Shown here piece by piece: positions 1 through 14,972 of a stretch of DNA of 64,000 nucleotides (position 1 is the stretch's first letter; every line of letters starts with the position of its first letter). The notes below the pieces were generated by a model. It was not told the DNA's origin, ran no database searches, and saw only the letters and a program-made list of their open reading frames with translations. The DNA lies in contig OX597817.1 of the NCBI GenBank assembly GCA_951406725.2, positions 143,840,001 through 143,904,000 of the forward strand, written 5' to 3'. The position numbers and the translations under genes were made by a program. Source of the DNA: Octopus vulgaris. Its lineage: Eukaryota.

Positions 1-125
1 TTTGGTAAGGAATTGTTTTTGTATCAGATACTCCATCTTTCTCAATTTCTTGGTGTTTTAACTCTTCGACAATTATATAAATTATGATAGACAAGCTTTC
101 TGTAACTGTCAAATCGAATACATAC

Positions 126-185
<60 letters not shown>

Positions 186-441
186 CTTTTATCTTTTACC
201 CTTAACTTGTGGCCATGCTGGAGCACCGTCTTGAAGGCCTTTTAGTCGAATGAATTGAATCCAGTACTAATTTCTTTAAAAAAACCTGGTATTAAGTCTT
301 TCGGTCTCTTTTCTCGAAGAGCTAAGTTAAGAGGATGTAAGCACACCTGGTTATCAAACGGTGCTAGGGGACAAACGCATACACAAAGACACACACACAC
401 ACATACATACACACACACACAAACACAAAGATACACATCTG

Positions 442-478
<37 letters not shown>

Positions 479-748
479 TTGCATGACACTATTGCCCAAG
501 GTTCCCGTGGTCTTTTCCGTAGGCTTTTCTATCCACGGACAAACCTAATCTGTTTTTCCTTTTTACATTGACATTTCTGTGATACACGATCCCTATTGAT
601 CATCCCCACCTTTTTTTCACGAACTGTTTTGATCGGAATTCGCCCCCCCTTTTTTCCTTCTCTTCTTTCCAAAAAGAAAAGCTCTACTTTGTATTCTGGC
701 CCTTCTATGTTCAGCCCTGCGTAGCCAATAAAGAAATCTATCTATCTG

Positions 749-878
<130 letters not shown>

Positions 879-1289
879 CATACACATAGACAGATACATA
901 TATACATGGGCATCTAATCCAATATTAATTGTAGATCTAACCGGGAGAAGGTGCCAAGTGTAGCGTATGCATAAAGAACATAAGTGGAGTTCAAAACTTC
1001 GGTAGCATTTTATTGGCGCATTCTTGGACTCGTTCCACCATGGTTGTTGGTGAAATGTTCACCTTAACAGTTTTTATGCTTAAAATTTAACTTCCGTTGG
1101 CGTTTTGCCATGATCTAATCCAAGAATGCATCAATAAAAAATGTTGCCGTAACAGCTTTTGTGAATTTCGAACCCCGCCTGCGTTCTTCTATGGCTTTTC
1201 TGGTGTTTTTCCCACTTTAATAATTAGGTGTTCAAATACACCGAATAATTCATAAACATCTAATTATTAAAGTGGAAAATTTCCATTCA

Positions 1290-1366
<77 letters not shown>

Positions 1367-1607
1367 TTTTGGTTTATGTCTATCACTGTTTTAGTTGCAT
1401 AATAGTGGTTTTATGTCTAATTTATATTATAAATTAGAAGATATATATATATATATATACACGACATGCTTCTTTCAGTTTCCGTCTACCAAATCCACTC
1501 ACAAGGCTTTGGTCGGCCCGAGGCTATAGTAGAAGACACTTGCCCAAGGTGCCACGCAGTGGGACTGAACCCGGAAACATGTGGTTGGTAAACAACCTAC
1601 TTACCAC

Positions 1608-1650
<43 letters not shown>

Positions 1651-2401
1651 GCGTATAGCAGAGGACAATTAACCTTAAATTAAACCCTGAACTATAATAA
1701 ATCAATTACGGAATATTAAGTCCAAGAATTTATTCCTTAGTTACGCGCGTTTCGACAATACATGGTATATACATAAATGGTGGGTGCCTCCTCGTTATCG
1801 AGTATGGCCATTGCACGAAGCTTAATCAATGTTGTTATCGTGCAATGCCTGTGCAAGAAGATTTTTTTTTTAAGTGAGGAAAGGCTATGCATTGAGTCAA
1901 TCCCACTCACTAAGCAACAGCAGCCATAATCCGAAAAGAAGAACAAGTCAACATCATCGGTAACCACTGAGCCGCAGGTTTTATGTCGGAGTTATCCCAG
2001 TTACCTGAGTTACCTTCTCCTAGAAGGATGCCCTAACGAAGGCTAGGAGTCCTTCACTCCCAATGGTTTAACCGCACGATCGGGTATTCAGTCCGATTAT
2101 TTCTATGCCCCCGCGCATGATACAGCCTTAAGGCATTTATTGGATGACCGTTGACGCTCAAGAGTTCCTCCGCCCTTTGACGGGTTTTGTTTTTCATCCC
2201 GCAGGGTGTCCAATAAACACCCTCCTCACCAAGCAAGCTTGGTGGGGTTGCCGGTTTAGTCGCCGACGACCCAACCATGCAACAGGTTATACTGGGTTAC
2301 ATGTTACCAGTAGCACTCAAAAGTGACCTGACATACATAAATACATACATACATATATACATACATACATACATACATGCATACATACATACATACATAC
2401 A

Positions 2402-2504
<103 letters not shown>

Positions 2505-2702
2505 AAATGTGTGAGATCTTTGGTACAGTTAGGTATATTTGAGAAAAGAAAAAGATTGATTTCCCTGGTAGTTCTAATCAGTTTAATTACATTTTAATTT
2601 TTTTCATAATATAAATTAAACTCATTAGGACTACCAACGAATTCATTCTTTTTCTTTTATCAAATACACACACCCGCACACGCACGCACGCACACATGCA
2701 CG

Positions 2703-2771
<69 letters not shown>

Positions 2772-3896
2772 CTACGACGGGCTTCTTTCAGTTTCCGTCT
2801 ACCAAATCCACTCAGAAGGCTTTGGTCGGCCCGAGGCTATAGTAGGAGACACTTGAACCCGGAACCATGTGATTGGTAAGCAAGCTACTTACTCTACGCC
2901 TATATTTCTATAATATAATTTGTTTTGTTTTTGTATATGTTTTGTAAAGTTATTGATTTTCTGTCATTTAATCAACTGACAAATAAAAATAAGGAAGCGA
3001 AATAAAACCAGTGCGTGTGCTTATTCTTGGCATGATAACCCTCCCGAGACAACAAAATTTTAATTTTTTTTTTCGATTCAATTTTTCTCATATTCCAATT
3101 TTTCTACAGTATTTACCTATCCTTTAAATCTTTCTCTATCTCTTTCGTTCTCTCTCCCCCCCTCTCTCTCTTTCTCATTATGTCTCTATATAACCAACTA
3201 CATTTTCACTCTTGCTATTCTCCTACTTTATTTTGGATTCATTGTTTCTTCTTTCTCAAACCTTCTTTTCTTCTCATTCTCTTCCCATCTCATTTTATTG
3301 GGTTGCCAGATAAATCCGTTCGCTCCCCATTTTATTCCTAGCCAATGTTATTTGAATTAACATGAAAAATATTTTTATTGCAGTTTTGCTTTTTATTATT
3401 CTTTTTTGTAGCACTTTTCTCCCTCTACTTTTGTTTATCATTTTTAAAATTTGAATAAATTTCATGTTTTTTCCAGACATATGAAAGTAGAAAAAACAAA
3501 AAACAAAAACAAAACGAACGAATTTATCTGAAAAACCCAAAACACTGTCTCTGTCCCCCATTTCTCTTTATTTCGCGCTTCCTATCTCTGATTTTCTGTT
3601 TTTGCTTTCCTACAAGTTGTCGCTGTATCTCTTTTGTTCTATTTATCGCTATCTTCTCGATTTTCATCACTTTCTCCTAATCTCTCGCCTTCCGCTTTCA
3701 AACTACATAGCTTCGTTATATCTCTCCATCTAAAAAGTTATACATCCATTCATTCATTCAAACATACATACATACATACATACATACATACATACATACA
3801 TACATACATAGAGCTATAGCTATCTAGCTATGTACTTATATGATGTATACACACACACACACATATATATATATACATACACACATACATATATAA

Positions 3897-3947
<51 letters not shown>

Positions 3948-3990
3948 CACACATATATATATATATAAATACACACACACACACACACAC

Positions 3991-4084
<94 letters not shown>

Positions 4085-4151
4085 ATAGATATAGATATAG
4101 ATATATATATAGCTATGTCTTGCTACCTATGTATCCATATGATATATACAT

Positions 4152-4216
<65 letters not shown>

Positions 4217-4297
4217 CATACATATATACATACATACATGCATACATACATACATATATATATAAATATATATACATGTAAATATATATATATATAA

Positions 4298-4344
<47 letters not shown>

Positions 4345-4874
4345 GTGTTGTATAGGTTTTCATAGCAATATGGGGGCGTAAAGATCTTCAGTGTTCTTCT
4401 TCTTCTTCTAGTTAATTACTTGTTCAAAGTAGCGAATAAATCCTTAGTCCGTTTCTATTTAGAGATAAACGATGCGAAAAATGAGTAATTACTCGTGATA
4501 GGGCATCGATAATATGAACTTATAATCTTTATTTCAGATACTATCAATGTTTGCAGAAAGTTTTCACTAAGATTAACATTCATGTAAGTCTTCTCTGAAT
4601 TTTTCACAAATCTGAAGACAATAAGTGCTCCGGTGTGAAAGCGTTCTTACCTCTGTGTCTCTATGTGATGTGCGTGTATACATACATACATACATACATA
4701 CATACAAACAAACACACATGTGTGTATGCATAGACAGACAGATAGATAAATAGTTGAGTGCCTGAGAGATAGAATGAAGAAGTTTGGCATGAGTTCTGTT
4801 TGCCGAAACAGGACAAGTCCCAGCGCTAAATTCTCTTTGCGCAAGGGTTTGATATGATTTTTGCGAGTTATTTA

Positions 4875-5065
4875 ATTAAACCTACGTGCGTAAGCGAAAG
4901 CAGGGTATTGTAATCACATGGCTTTGTCTGTGTGTTTTCAAAATCACTAGAAAACGGTTGAACGGATTTTCTCCAAATTTGACAGAAATACTCATTGGAT
5001 GAGTGACTCGAACTCATTAAATTTTGGTTTGATTATCTTCAAAACTGGTAGACTGGTGATGCAAA
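4875..5065. mobile_element. Possible Helitron/Helentron-type non-autonomous fragment
   Basis: Motif order ggtattgtaatc..gtctgtgtgt..aaaacggttgaacggattttctccaaattt recalls such elements; no clear termini. Confidence 0.3.
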
Positions 5066-7095
5066 TTTTCTTTTTCTCTTTGTTACACATGCATAAATGA
5101 TAAGCGGGAAATAACTTGATGTAATTTTGTTAAAAATATGAATTCGCCTGAGAATATATTTATTAAATTAAATTTTATTTTATCTTTGTGTGCCCGTAGA
5201 GTAGCCTTTTAAAAAATAATTCTGTTCTGTATTCACCATTCATACTATAATAAAGAAAGCTTCTTATTAATTAGTTTGCAGTATGTAACTTTTACTAAAA
5301 GAGAGCATTTATCAAATTCTACACTCCCTACAAAATTCCTAATAATTCTAATTTTAATCAAACTACACACAGATGTCTTGTTAGAACACTAAATACTGCG
5401 TTATTAGCCTTGAGAGTTCCTCTCATGTAGGCGCGTGGTGCATAAACGCATAGATCCTAGCAGACGAGAATCGCCAGTCATGGACGCCGGAACTCCCATA
5501 TCACATGATTTCATTCAACTGGAAATGAACAATGGGAAGCGTTTGGTCAGCGAAAGTTTTTTCCCATCAGAGTTCCGGACCCCAGTAATGAACACATTTG
5601 CATACAGCCAATCAGAGCAGAGCCACCGTTACCTTTCTTCCTTTCTAGTCAGCACCGTGCATTCCTTACTCTTTCCCTTTCTATTGACAGACAACAACGT
5701 CTCCGTCTAGCACATGTTGTCAATATTTGTAAACAATACGTGTTATGTTTCCGGTAATTTTCTTTCATGTAAATAAATGTTTATGTTAATTTAAAAGAGA
5801 AAAACATGAATGTGTCTATGGCTTACGATTAACTAAAATTACCAAAATTTTCAAACTTGAATTACTAATAACTATTTATTTATTTATTTATTTATAGCGA
5901 AAATTTCTTTCACATTAATTAGCCTATAAAAGTGTATCATTACACTTAATATGAAAACAATCCAAACAGAAAATTGACGCTGGCAACCAAACAAAAGATA
6001 GAAAAAAAAGTCACGAAAATGTGTGAGTACTAAAAAATTTCGCTGAGTACTATTATGTTATTAGTAGTAAATTATAGATCTATTTATTATAACTAACTGG
6101 ACCCATGAAAAATTCACGGAAAATATAAAAGATATAAGCATCTGTGAATTGTGTGCTGATAATCGGAGGTCGCCATTTTGAATGCCAGCACTAGGGTCGA
6201 TGTAATCGGCTTAATCCGTTTGTCTGTCCTTGTTGTCCTAATTAAAGAAAAAAGGACTCATTATATTGAATGTTATTGATAATATCGAGTGAAAAGAGGG
6301 GACGCTGCAGTTCTGCAGTGCCTATGCGCGAGCCGCCACTGTTCAAGAAAATAACACACTGCCTGGTCCGGGAATCGAAACCGCGATTGTGGGAACATGA
6401 GTGGAACCACCTAACCACTAGGCCACGCGCTTTCAAGACTGTAAACGAAAGGGGAAAATGGCTGCAAATGTAAATCGAACGATAGATCTGGTCTCATGAA
6501 TAATTTCGCACTTCCTGTTGCTTTGCCGGCGGGTAAATTATAGCAACTTCTATATTTCACCTGCCAGTGGTTACATTTGGCAAAAACCACCGAAATTTGA
6601 TCTGTTGTTGCCAATAAATGTTGAAAAGGCTTGTCATTCACGCGAGGAAATAGGTTTGAGATAATGTCACCAGCGTAATTACGCTGACAGCACTAAATTA
6701 GCAAGAACTTTCCAAGAATTACTGCTTCTTGAGATGGTAGTCTTAGTAGAAGAGAAACTAGACGAAAGTAACCATTCAGTGTTTGGAAGTTAGGAAATAA
6801 TATGTTATTAGATTTCGTTGTAGTAAATTGCTTCTTCACCGGAGTCACAAGATATTTCCAGTTTGCAGTCGGACGCGTAAAGCGGTCCCTTACACCCACG
6901 CAGAAACACAATCAGTGTTGACTAATTCATTTGAAATTGAAGCAATCGGAAACCCCGTGTTATTTCGGTGAACATATGTCTTGAACGCATCAGTCTATAA
7001 TTTTATAGAGTTTTATACACAACAACGTAATTTACTTGACTAAAAGGAGAGGAAGGAGAAGAACGAAAAACGACGAGAGAAAAGGTCAGAGGAGA

Positions 7096-7140
<45 letters not shown>

Positions 7141-7202
7141 AAGAGAGAGCGGGAGAGAGAGTATATGTATTACACACAAACACATAACACACACACACAT
7201 AC

Positions 7203-7240
<38 letters not shown>

Positions 7241-7282
7241 CGTATGTGTATTGGTGCATCGTTGATATATAAATATGTATGC

Positions 7283-7348
<66 letters not shown>

Positions 7349-9168
7349 GGATAGATAGATATAAGGAGGGAGAAAAAGTTTAAAACACCTAATGTAAGTT
7401 AGTTAGTTTGAAAGTATCGTCTGATTGGGTCTGTGTAGATATTTTTTCTTGTCTATTGTATGATATTGAAGCCAGAAAGCTCGTTTTCCTTTCTTCGATC
7501 TTCCAATTTGTGGCCGCGTTCCAAGTTATATTATTATTTGCAAATATGCATAAATATGCTAAATCTTGCAAATATCATTGTTCATATAACTTAGTAAGTC
7601 TCCAGGTAATTACCTTTGCAGTTTTCAACTATTTTGTTTTCTAAACAGTCGTACCAAAATCCTCAGTGTACCACTGTTTATGAATTATATTTCCTCTCAT
7701 TACAAGGTCAGCTAAACGAACAAATATTTACCATCACATTTACCGATGATTGGCGCAGGCGTGGCTGTGTGGTAAGAAGCTTGCTTCTCAACTATATGCT
7801 TCTAGGTTCAGTCCTACCGCGTGGCACCACAGGCAGGTGTCTTCTATTATGGACTCGGGCCGACCAAAGCCTTGGGACTGGATGTGGTAGACGGAAACTG
7901 AAAGAAGCCTGTCGTGTACATGTGTGTGTGTCTTCGTGTGTGTGTGTGTGTGTGTGCGTGTGTTTGTGTCTACATCTGGCCCCCATCAACACTTGACAAC
8001 TTGTGATGGTAACATAGCGGTTCGGCAAAGGAGACCGATACAATAAGTACCTGGCTTTGAAAGAGATAAGTACAGGAGTCACTTCATTCGATTAAAATTT
8101 CTTCATGGCGATACTCCAGCATGGCCGCAGTCAAATGACTGTAACAAGGAGAAGATAAAAGATAAACGATATTATTCGTGTCCCGCCAGTAGCTTTGGAG
8201 TTATTTTTTGGTATAATGTTTAAGAATATTTTCCATCGAAGGACCTTGTAAGTAATCATTTATAACTTTTTAAAGTTCTTTCATATTCTTTTCTATTCTA
8301 GGCACAAGGGCAGTAATTTTGGGGGAGAGGTCCAGTCGATTAGATCGACCCTGGTATGCAACTGGTACTTAATTTATCGACCCCGAAAGGAATAGGTACT
8401 TAAAGAAATAGGTACTTAATTTATCGATCCCGAAAGGATGAAAGGCAAAGTCGACCTCGGCGGAATTTGAACTCAGAACGTAAAGACAGACGAAATACCT
8501 ATTTCTTTACTGTCCACAAGGGGCTAAACACAGAGAGGACAAACAAGGACAGACACACGGATTAAGTCGATTATATCGACCCCAGTGCGTAACTGGTACT
8601 TATTTAATCGACCCCGAAAGGATGAAAGGCAAAGTCGACCTCGGTGGAATTTGAACTCAGAACGTAAAGACAGACGAAATACCGCTAAGCCTTTTCGCCC
8701 GGCGCGCTAACGTTTCTGCCAGCTCGCCGCTTTCCTTTTACACGATATTAAAACAACGGCTAAAAGTTTTCTGAAGCAACACCCTCACTGATTTTATCTA
8801 CGAGCTGCCTCTCCTTTTAATGTTGCTTCAGTCCAGCTAGCTGTAAATGAGTAAACCTGCAACAGTCCGGCGTCTTGTTCATGGGGAATATTGTGGTCTC
8901 GATCCTGTCAGTTATACGCCATCGAGACACGGTGATCATCCCTATAAGCACAAGGACTTGAGACAGTAATATTCAGGAGACTCAATGTTTTACACTAGTA
9001 AATCTCTTGGTAAATGTATGAACATCGCAACTTCCCATCTTCTTTTTTTCCTTATTTTAAATGTCAGACTTCTTTCTGGTGGATGTGTCTGTAATGAATA
9101 AGCTGAATGGAAAGCCAGAATCTATCGCATGAATCGATATGTCGTTGCCACATTACAAAGAATATCTA

Positions 9169-9279
<111 letters not shown>

Positions 9280-10379
9280 GTGTGTCTGTGTGTCTGTCTG
9301 TGTGTCTGTCTGTCTGTATTTGTGTGTGTGTGTGTGTGTATGTTGTGTATGTGGTCACACACGCACAAAGAGGCATTCCCAGTTATGGACACATCAGTGG
9401 AGCTCGATGCAATCCAACACTGTTACACTAAGAGATGCCTCGGTGCAACAGATAAGCTACTGGGTAGAGCTAAAAAAGAACTAAGAATCTATTCTCTATG
9501 ACGAAGACGCGAAAGATATGCAGTGGTGTGTGTGTGTGTGTGTGTGTAGAATATCTTGGCTATACCAGGCCCTGAATTGGAGGCCACCGCATAGCACTAA
9601 AGATTCCATAGTCGCCATTTGGTGTAGGGATACAATAATGTAAAAGCTTAGGATTTAAGGCCCAGAACATTTCAGTTCCTTGCCAGGCGTTGATGTAGAT
9701 GAGATACTAGACGAAACCACATCAAGGCATGAAACGCAGATTAGATCATCTAACCACATACAATTCGCTATTGCCGAACTATTTTAAAAATTTCTGTTAG
9801 CTAGTTTTCCTCGTTTCAACACGCTGTGTATTTATAGCAAAAAATATTGTATGGGGTTAGACGATTTAAGGTCTGTTCTTCTGCACACTGGCATATAATT
9901 TTGTTTTCTTTTAGCCTTATTTATAATTGTTTATATATATTTATATAAGTCACAGTATATGGATTCAAGTAATCTAGTTGTACTCATAAAAAGAGTTCCT
10001 TCATTTATCATTCTACAAAACATGTAGAATATATAGCACAATACAAGAGAAAAAAGATTAGGAGTGTATAAAGTCATAAATGACGGAAATGGTTTGATGA
10101 AATTTTATTTAACAGTAAGAAAATTCAATTATCGTGACAAATTGTTTCGTAACTTAAAAACATGTATATAATTTATATTATTATATCTAATAACAAATAT
10201 ATTACTTACAAGCCTGCATTAATGGAAAATGCAAAAATGTTTTGTCCTTTTCACTGATTCACCAGAACCAAACACAGAAATAGTCGTGGAAGTGAAATGA
10301 AATAAGTTAGCAACCATACCAAAAGTGGTACCCCATTGTGGCCACAGCCTCTTGCTGGAGCAAATGATTATGGTTTGGC

Positions 10380-11650
10380 TTCACGAACGAAGATTAAAAA
10401 AGGGCGCGACCATGTTGACTGCAAGGATACTCGTGGATCACAAGGCCAATGTGGGACAAGCAGGTCCGGCCGCAGTGGTTGCAGTTGAAGGTCTGGTCAA
10501 GATTTTTGATGACCATGGTTTTGCGGATATTCATCTTGCGCCTTTAGTCCTTATGAGTGGCCCTGCGTGCATTTTCGAAGATTGAGATAGCATGGTTGAA
10601 AGTGAGATGCCAGGTATCACGGTCCTTGTCTAGGGTGGACCATTGGCGATGGTCAATGGGACAGGCACCGATGGATTTTTGTGTTGCTTCTTTGGTACCC
10701 TTCTGTCGTGACGACCTGTGGGGAGTTCGCTGTACAACGTGATCTGCGGCAGGCGATGATCCTTCGTCCTGGAGACGTACACTACTCTGCGTAGCTGTGA
10801 CTTCACCAGCATAACCTCGATGCTGGTGACCACTGCCTGTTTAAGAACTTCAACATTGGTGACGAAGTCAATCTAGTAGCTGTTGAAGATAATGCGGGGG
10901 CAACGCTGGTGGAAACGTTCGAAAAGTTATAGATGTTGGCGATAAGTGAACCACAACTCTGAGCCATATTGGAGGGCAGTGAGGACTATGGCTCTGTACA
11001 CGCTGATCTTGGCGCCCTTTTTCAGGTGTTTTCTGTCCCAGATGCGTTTGTACAGTCTGCCTTTGCTAGTTTGTTATCGATTTCCTTGTCAATCTTGGCA
11101 TCTGACATGATATTGTACACCAGAGAGGCGAACCGATGGACTATTTTCAATTCAGTCTCACCAATGATGATGTGAAAAGGTTAGTACTCTTTCTGAGGTT
11201 CAGGCTGGTGGAGTGCCACCGTCTTCTTTAGGCTGACTTCCTGCTCAAAGAGCTGGGCAGCCTCTGTGAAGTAGGAAGTGATGCACTGTAAGGCTCTTTC
11301 TGTCTGGGCAACAAGGACAGCATCGTCGGCCAAGGGAAGGTCTAGAATCAGTTGTTTCAGAGTCTCCATGTGGGTCTGTAGTCGTTGGAGATTAAACAGG
11401 TTGTCACCAACACGGTATCTGATGCAGAGTCCGCCCTCATCAGTAAGATCCTCTGAGGCCTGCATGAGCATCATGCTGAAGAAGATGGTGATGAGAGCCG
11501 ATGCCAGGATGCAATACTGCTTCACACCGTTGCTGATCAGGAAGGGCTGTGAAAGATCACTGTTGAGTCTGACTTGGCCATGCTACTTTTCGTGCAGCTG
11601 GATGACTATGATCAGTAGCTTGGAGGACAATCGAGTCGCTCCACGATTCG
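10380..11650 (-). mobile_element. Degenerate RTE-clade LINE, 3' part of reverse-transcriptase ORF
   Basis: Broken frames: KQYCILASALITIFFSMML (KQGCVLAPTLF-like), LPLADDAVL (FADD), LPQITLYSEL, C-terminal CNHCGRTC..HIGL..H knuckle; frameshifts and stops. Confidence 0.85.
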
Positions 11651-12478
11651 CCACATTTTCCGATGTTCCAGCATGCGATTTTCAATCATTTCATACCTTT
11701 CCAAGTGGGTAGTTATTTCATTACCCTTGATGTTGTTTACCAATTCAGAAGAAAGTGCATCCTCCAACTACTTCATTCAGCTAACCAGACTCTAGTAGCT
11801 TTGTCTCCAAAAGAGCGGCATTAGTAACATTTTTACTTCTCAGAAACCGAGCTATAAGTGCTATTTTGCGCTCAGGATGCTCTTGAGGTCCTGAAGGGTG
11901 CGTACGTCCCAAGCTATAATACTCATACCTATTTCTCTGCCCTTTGTCTTTTCATATTTTTTTACTGCATCGTTGGAATTCTAGTCACTTGCTGTATAAT
12001 GATGGGATTCTGTGAGCAAGCAATTGTAGGGTGCCTTTTCTAGCCCTCTCTCCATACAAGACAAAGCGGCGCCATCATAAATAGGCTGCATTGTAGTTAA
12101 GAAGCGGACACAGACTGTGAAATTGCTTACAGAAGTTTCACAAAACGGCCATCTACATCTTACCACCATACGTACAAATCTCAAGCTAAAGGCCTCCACT
12201 GACTTTCTCCACCTGTCCCCGTCACTGTTATTTCATCACCGTAGGATTCGATTGGCCCTCATGTTGTCACTGAACGACCTGCACTATAAGTTTGTTTAAA
12301 TTAGGAATTTGCTTCAGCCGCGCAAAATCTACTCTCTCCACCTAGAAAGCATTACCTGTACAGGTGCACAATGTAACACTTGTCAGATTAGATCGCAGAT
12401 CAAGTAGTGATGGTATGGCTTGGTTTACCAATGGGTTGAGGTTTGGTATCTCGACATATACATATACATGTGCGAAGA

Positions 12479-12481
<3 letters not shown>

Positions 12482-12511
<30 letters not shown>

Positions 12512-12688
12512 TGTATGTATGTATGTATGTATGTATGTATGTATGTATGTATGTATGTATGTATGTATGTATGTATGTATGTATGTATGTATGTATGTGT
12601 GTATGTATGTATGTGTGTATGTGTGTATGTATGTATGTATGTATGTGTGTGTATGTATGTATGTATGTATGTATGTATGTATGTATGT
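12482..12688. repeat. (TATG)n microsatellite
   Basis: Direct reading. Similar compound microsatellites at 737-905, 2331-2500, 3762-4345, 7097-7361, 9164-9340, 19195-19380. Confidence 0.95.
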
Positions 12689-12880
12689 CATTGTGCAGTT
12701 TTATTTCAAGATTTCTTGCCAATGGAGAAAGAACCGGTTTCTAACCTAGATCCAAGTCTCCTTCATTGAAATTTCAACACCAACAACAGTATTTTATGTA
12801 TATATGTACGTACGTATAATTGTATGTATATATGTATTATGTATGTATGCATACATGCATATATGTGTATGTGCTTATAC

Positions 12881-12944
<64 letters not shown>

Positions 12945-13096
12945 GTATACGCACACACACATATATTAGAGCGCTAGAGCATTTTAGCTCTTATTTCTAG
13001 CAATGTCGGTGTTTCTAACACCCTAGTCATATTCAGTGACAATTATAGTTTTCCTTTTTGGTAAAACATTGCACACGGCTGTCTATATTATATATA

Positions 13097-13695
13097 TAAA
13101 TAAGGATAATATCAATATTATCAAGTGGCCAGCATGGGAAAAATACCGTATAAAGGTAATAATTTTTTTTTACAACTAAAAATAAGGGTGTCTGAGAGAC
13201 ACCACCATGCCGAAATAGCAGTCAAAACCTTGACTTTAAAAACCACGTTAAATATATTTAAAAACCACGTTATCGATATTTAAATATCGATATTATCCTT
13301 ATTTATAAATTTATATAATTCGTCACTATATTCACTGCGGTGTTTATTTTGACCATATCGTGCTTATGAGGTATTTTGGCGGGCAATTTAACTGGCCTTG
13401 TGTATACGTGCATATATATGTATGTATGGACGTTCGTATATGTAAGTGTAACGTTTGTTCTGCATATATATATCTGCATTTATGTACTTTGATATATTCA
13501 ACTGATGACGGTAAAGCTTATTTAAAGCAAAACCAGAAATCCTGGATCTTGAATTATTCAATATTTTTTGCAAGTCTATTTTGTCCCTCTGTCTTATCTC
13601 ATGGTACGATATGAACATTTAACGTGGTTTTTAAAGTCAAGGTTTTGACTGCTATTTCGGCATGGTGGTGTCTCTCAGACACCCTTATTTTTAGT

Positions 13696-13699
<4 letters not shown>
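13097..13699. mobile_element. (AT)n-flanked inverted-repeat element with hammerhead in spacer
   Basis: Perfect 83-bp arms 13171-13253 / 13617-13699; tail 13097-13170; AT dinucleotide tracts at both ends. Confidence 0.7.
13496..13554 (+). ncRNA. Type I hammerhead ribozyme
   Basis: Stem I ATTCAA/TTGAAT; CTGATGA (13502-08); stem II GGT..GCTT/AAGC..ACC (C.A mismatch at base); GAAA; near-palindromic stem III ATCCTGGAT; ATC triplet, cleavage after C13548. Confidence 0.75.
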
Positions 13700-13739
<40 letters not shown>

Positions 13740-14928
13740 CTTCTAATATAAGGATAAAATTCTATCAGTGGCCAGCATATTAAAATACCTTTCACGGTGA
13801 AAATATAAACAATTACAAATAAGACCAAACAAAAACATTCTATATCAATATCCTTAAAAATAGTCTTTAGATAATCTAACCCCATACCATTCGCTATTGC
13901 CGAACTATTTAAAAAATTTCTGTTAGCTCGCTTTCCTCGTTTCAGCACGCTGTGTATTTATCGTGAAAGATATTGTATGGGGTTAGACGATCTAAGGTCT
14001 ATTTTTCAGCATACTGGCATAGAAACGTTTTTTCTTTTATCATTATTTATAATTGTTTATATATATATATATATATATATAAAAGAGTTCCTTCATGTAT
14101 CATTCTATAAAACATGTAGAATATACAGTACAATACAAGAGAAAAGGATTAGGAGTGTATAAAGTCATAATGACGGAAATAGTTTGATGAAATTTTATTT
14201 AGCAATAAGAAAATTCAATTATCGTGACAAATTGTTTCGTAACTTAAAAACATGTATATAATTTATATTATTATATTTAATAACAAATAAATTACTTACA
14301 AGCCTCCATTAATGCAAAATGCAAAAATCTTTCAATATAATGCAGAATTTAAGCTACGTTCTCATGTGCATATACATATACAAAGGATATTTGTGTACAT
14401 GTGTGTGTGTGTGTGTGTGTGTAACCGCATATATACTGGAATGTATTTGTCCTGAGACAACTAGTCTCCTACAACGGATATGAACTTACGACCCAGAAGC
14501 TGATAGCCTAGCCACCTTCAGTGATAAACTGGCATTAATATAATCTACATAGATTGATTACACTTTATAATCATATGAAAGATAATATAGTTAGAGCTAT
14601 TAATCAATCCAGATTGACAAATTTACTGCGGTTATATCGGAGCAGCTTTTATATGAGATTCATGAAATGAAATATAAGAATAAACAATTTTCCTGTATAA
14701 ATAAAGACGAACAAAGCAGCAGATGATATGCTAAACGCAATGGTTGTATTTGATTAAGTAACGAGTAACAAACCTGGGAACTTATCAGTATGATGACATT
14801 TGCGTAGAGAGAACATTCATCAAATGAGAACACACTGCCATTACCGGGAGGGATTAAGAAGTTTGCCTCGCAATTATGTGCTTCCCGTTTCGTTCCTATT
14901 GCGTGCCAGTGCTATAGTATTGAATGAT

Positions 14929-14972
<44 letters not shown>

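Noticed and set aside
4538-4583. Possible 46-nt + strand exon (ttttatttcag|...|gtaagt)
   Set aside because: No recognisable peptide or partner exons; such sites arise by chance in AT-rich DNA.
4605-4652. CTGAAGA..GAAAgcgTTC hammerhead-like string
   Set aside because: No convincing stem I or stem II.
5435-5710. 91-aa ORF with nearby CCAAT motif
   Set aside because: GTG start, no domain or splice support.
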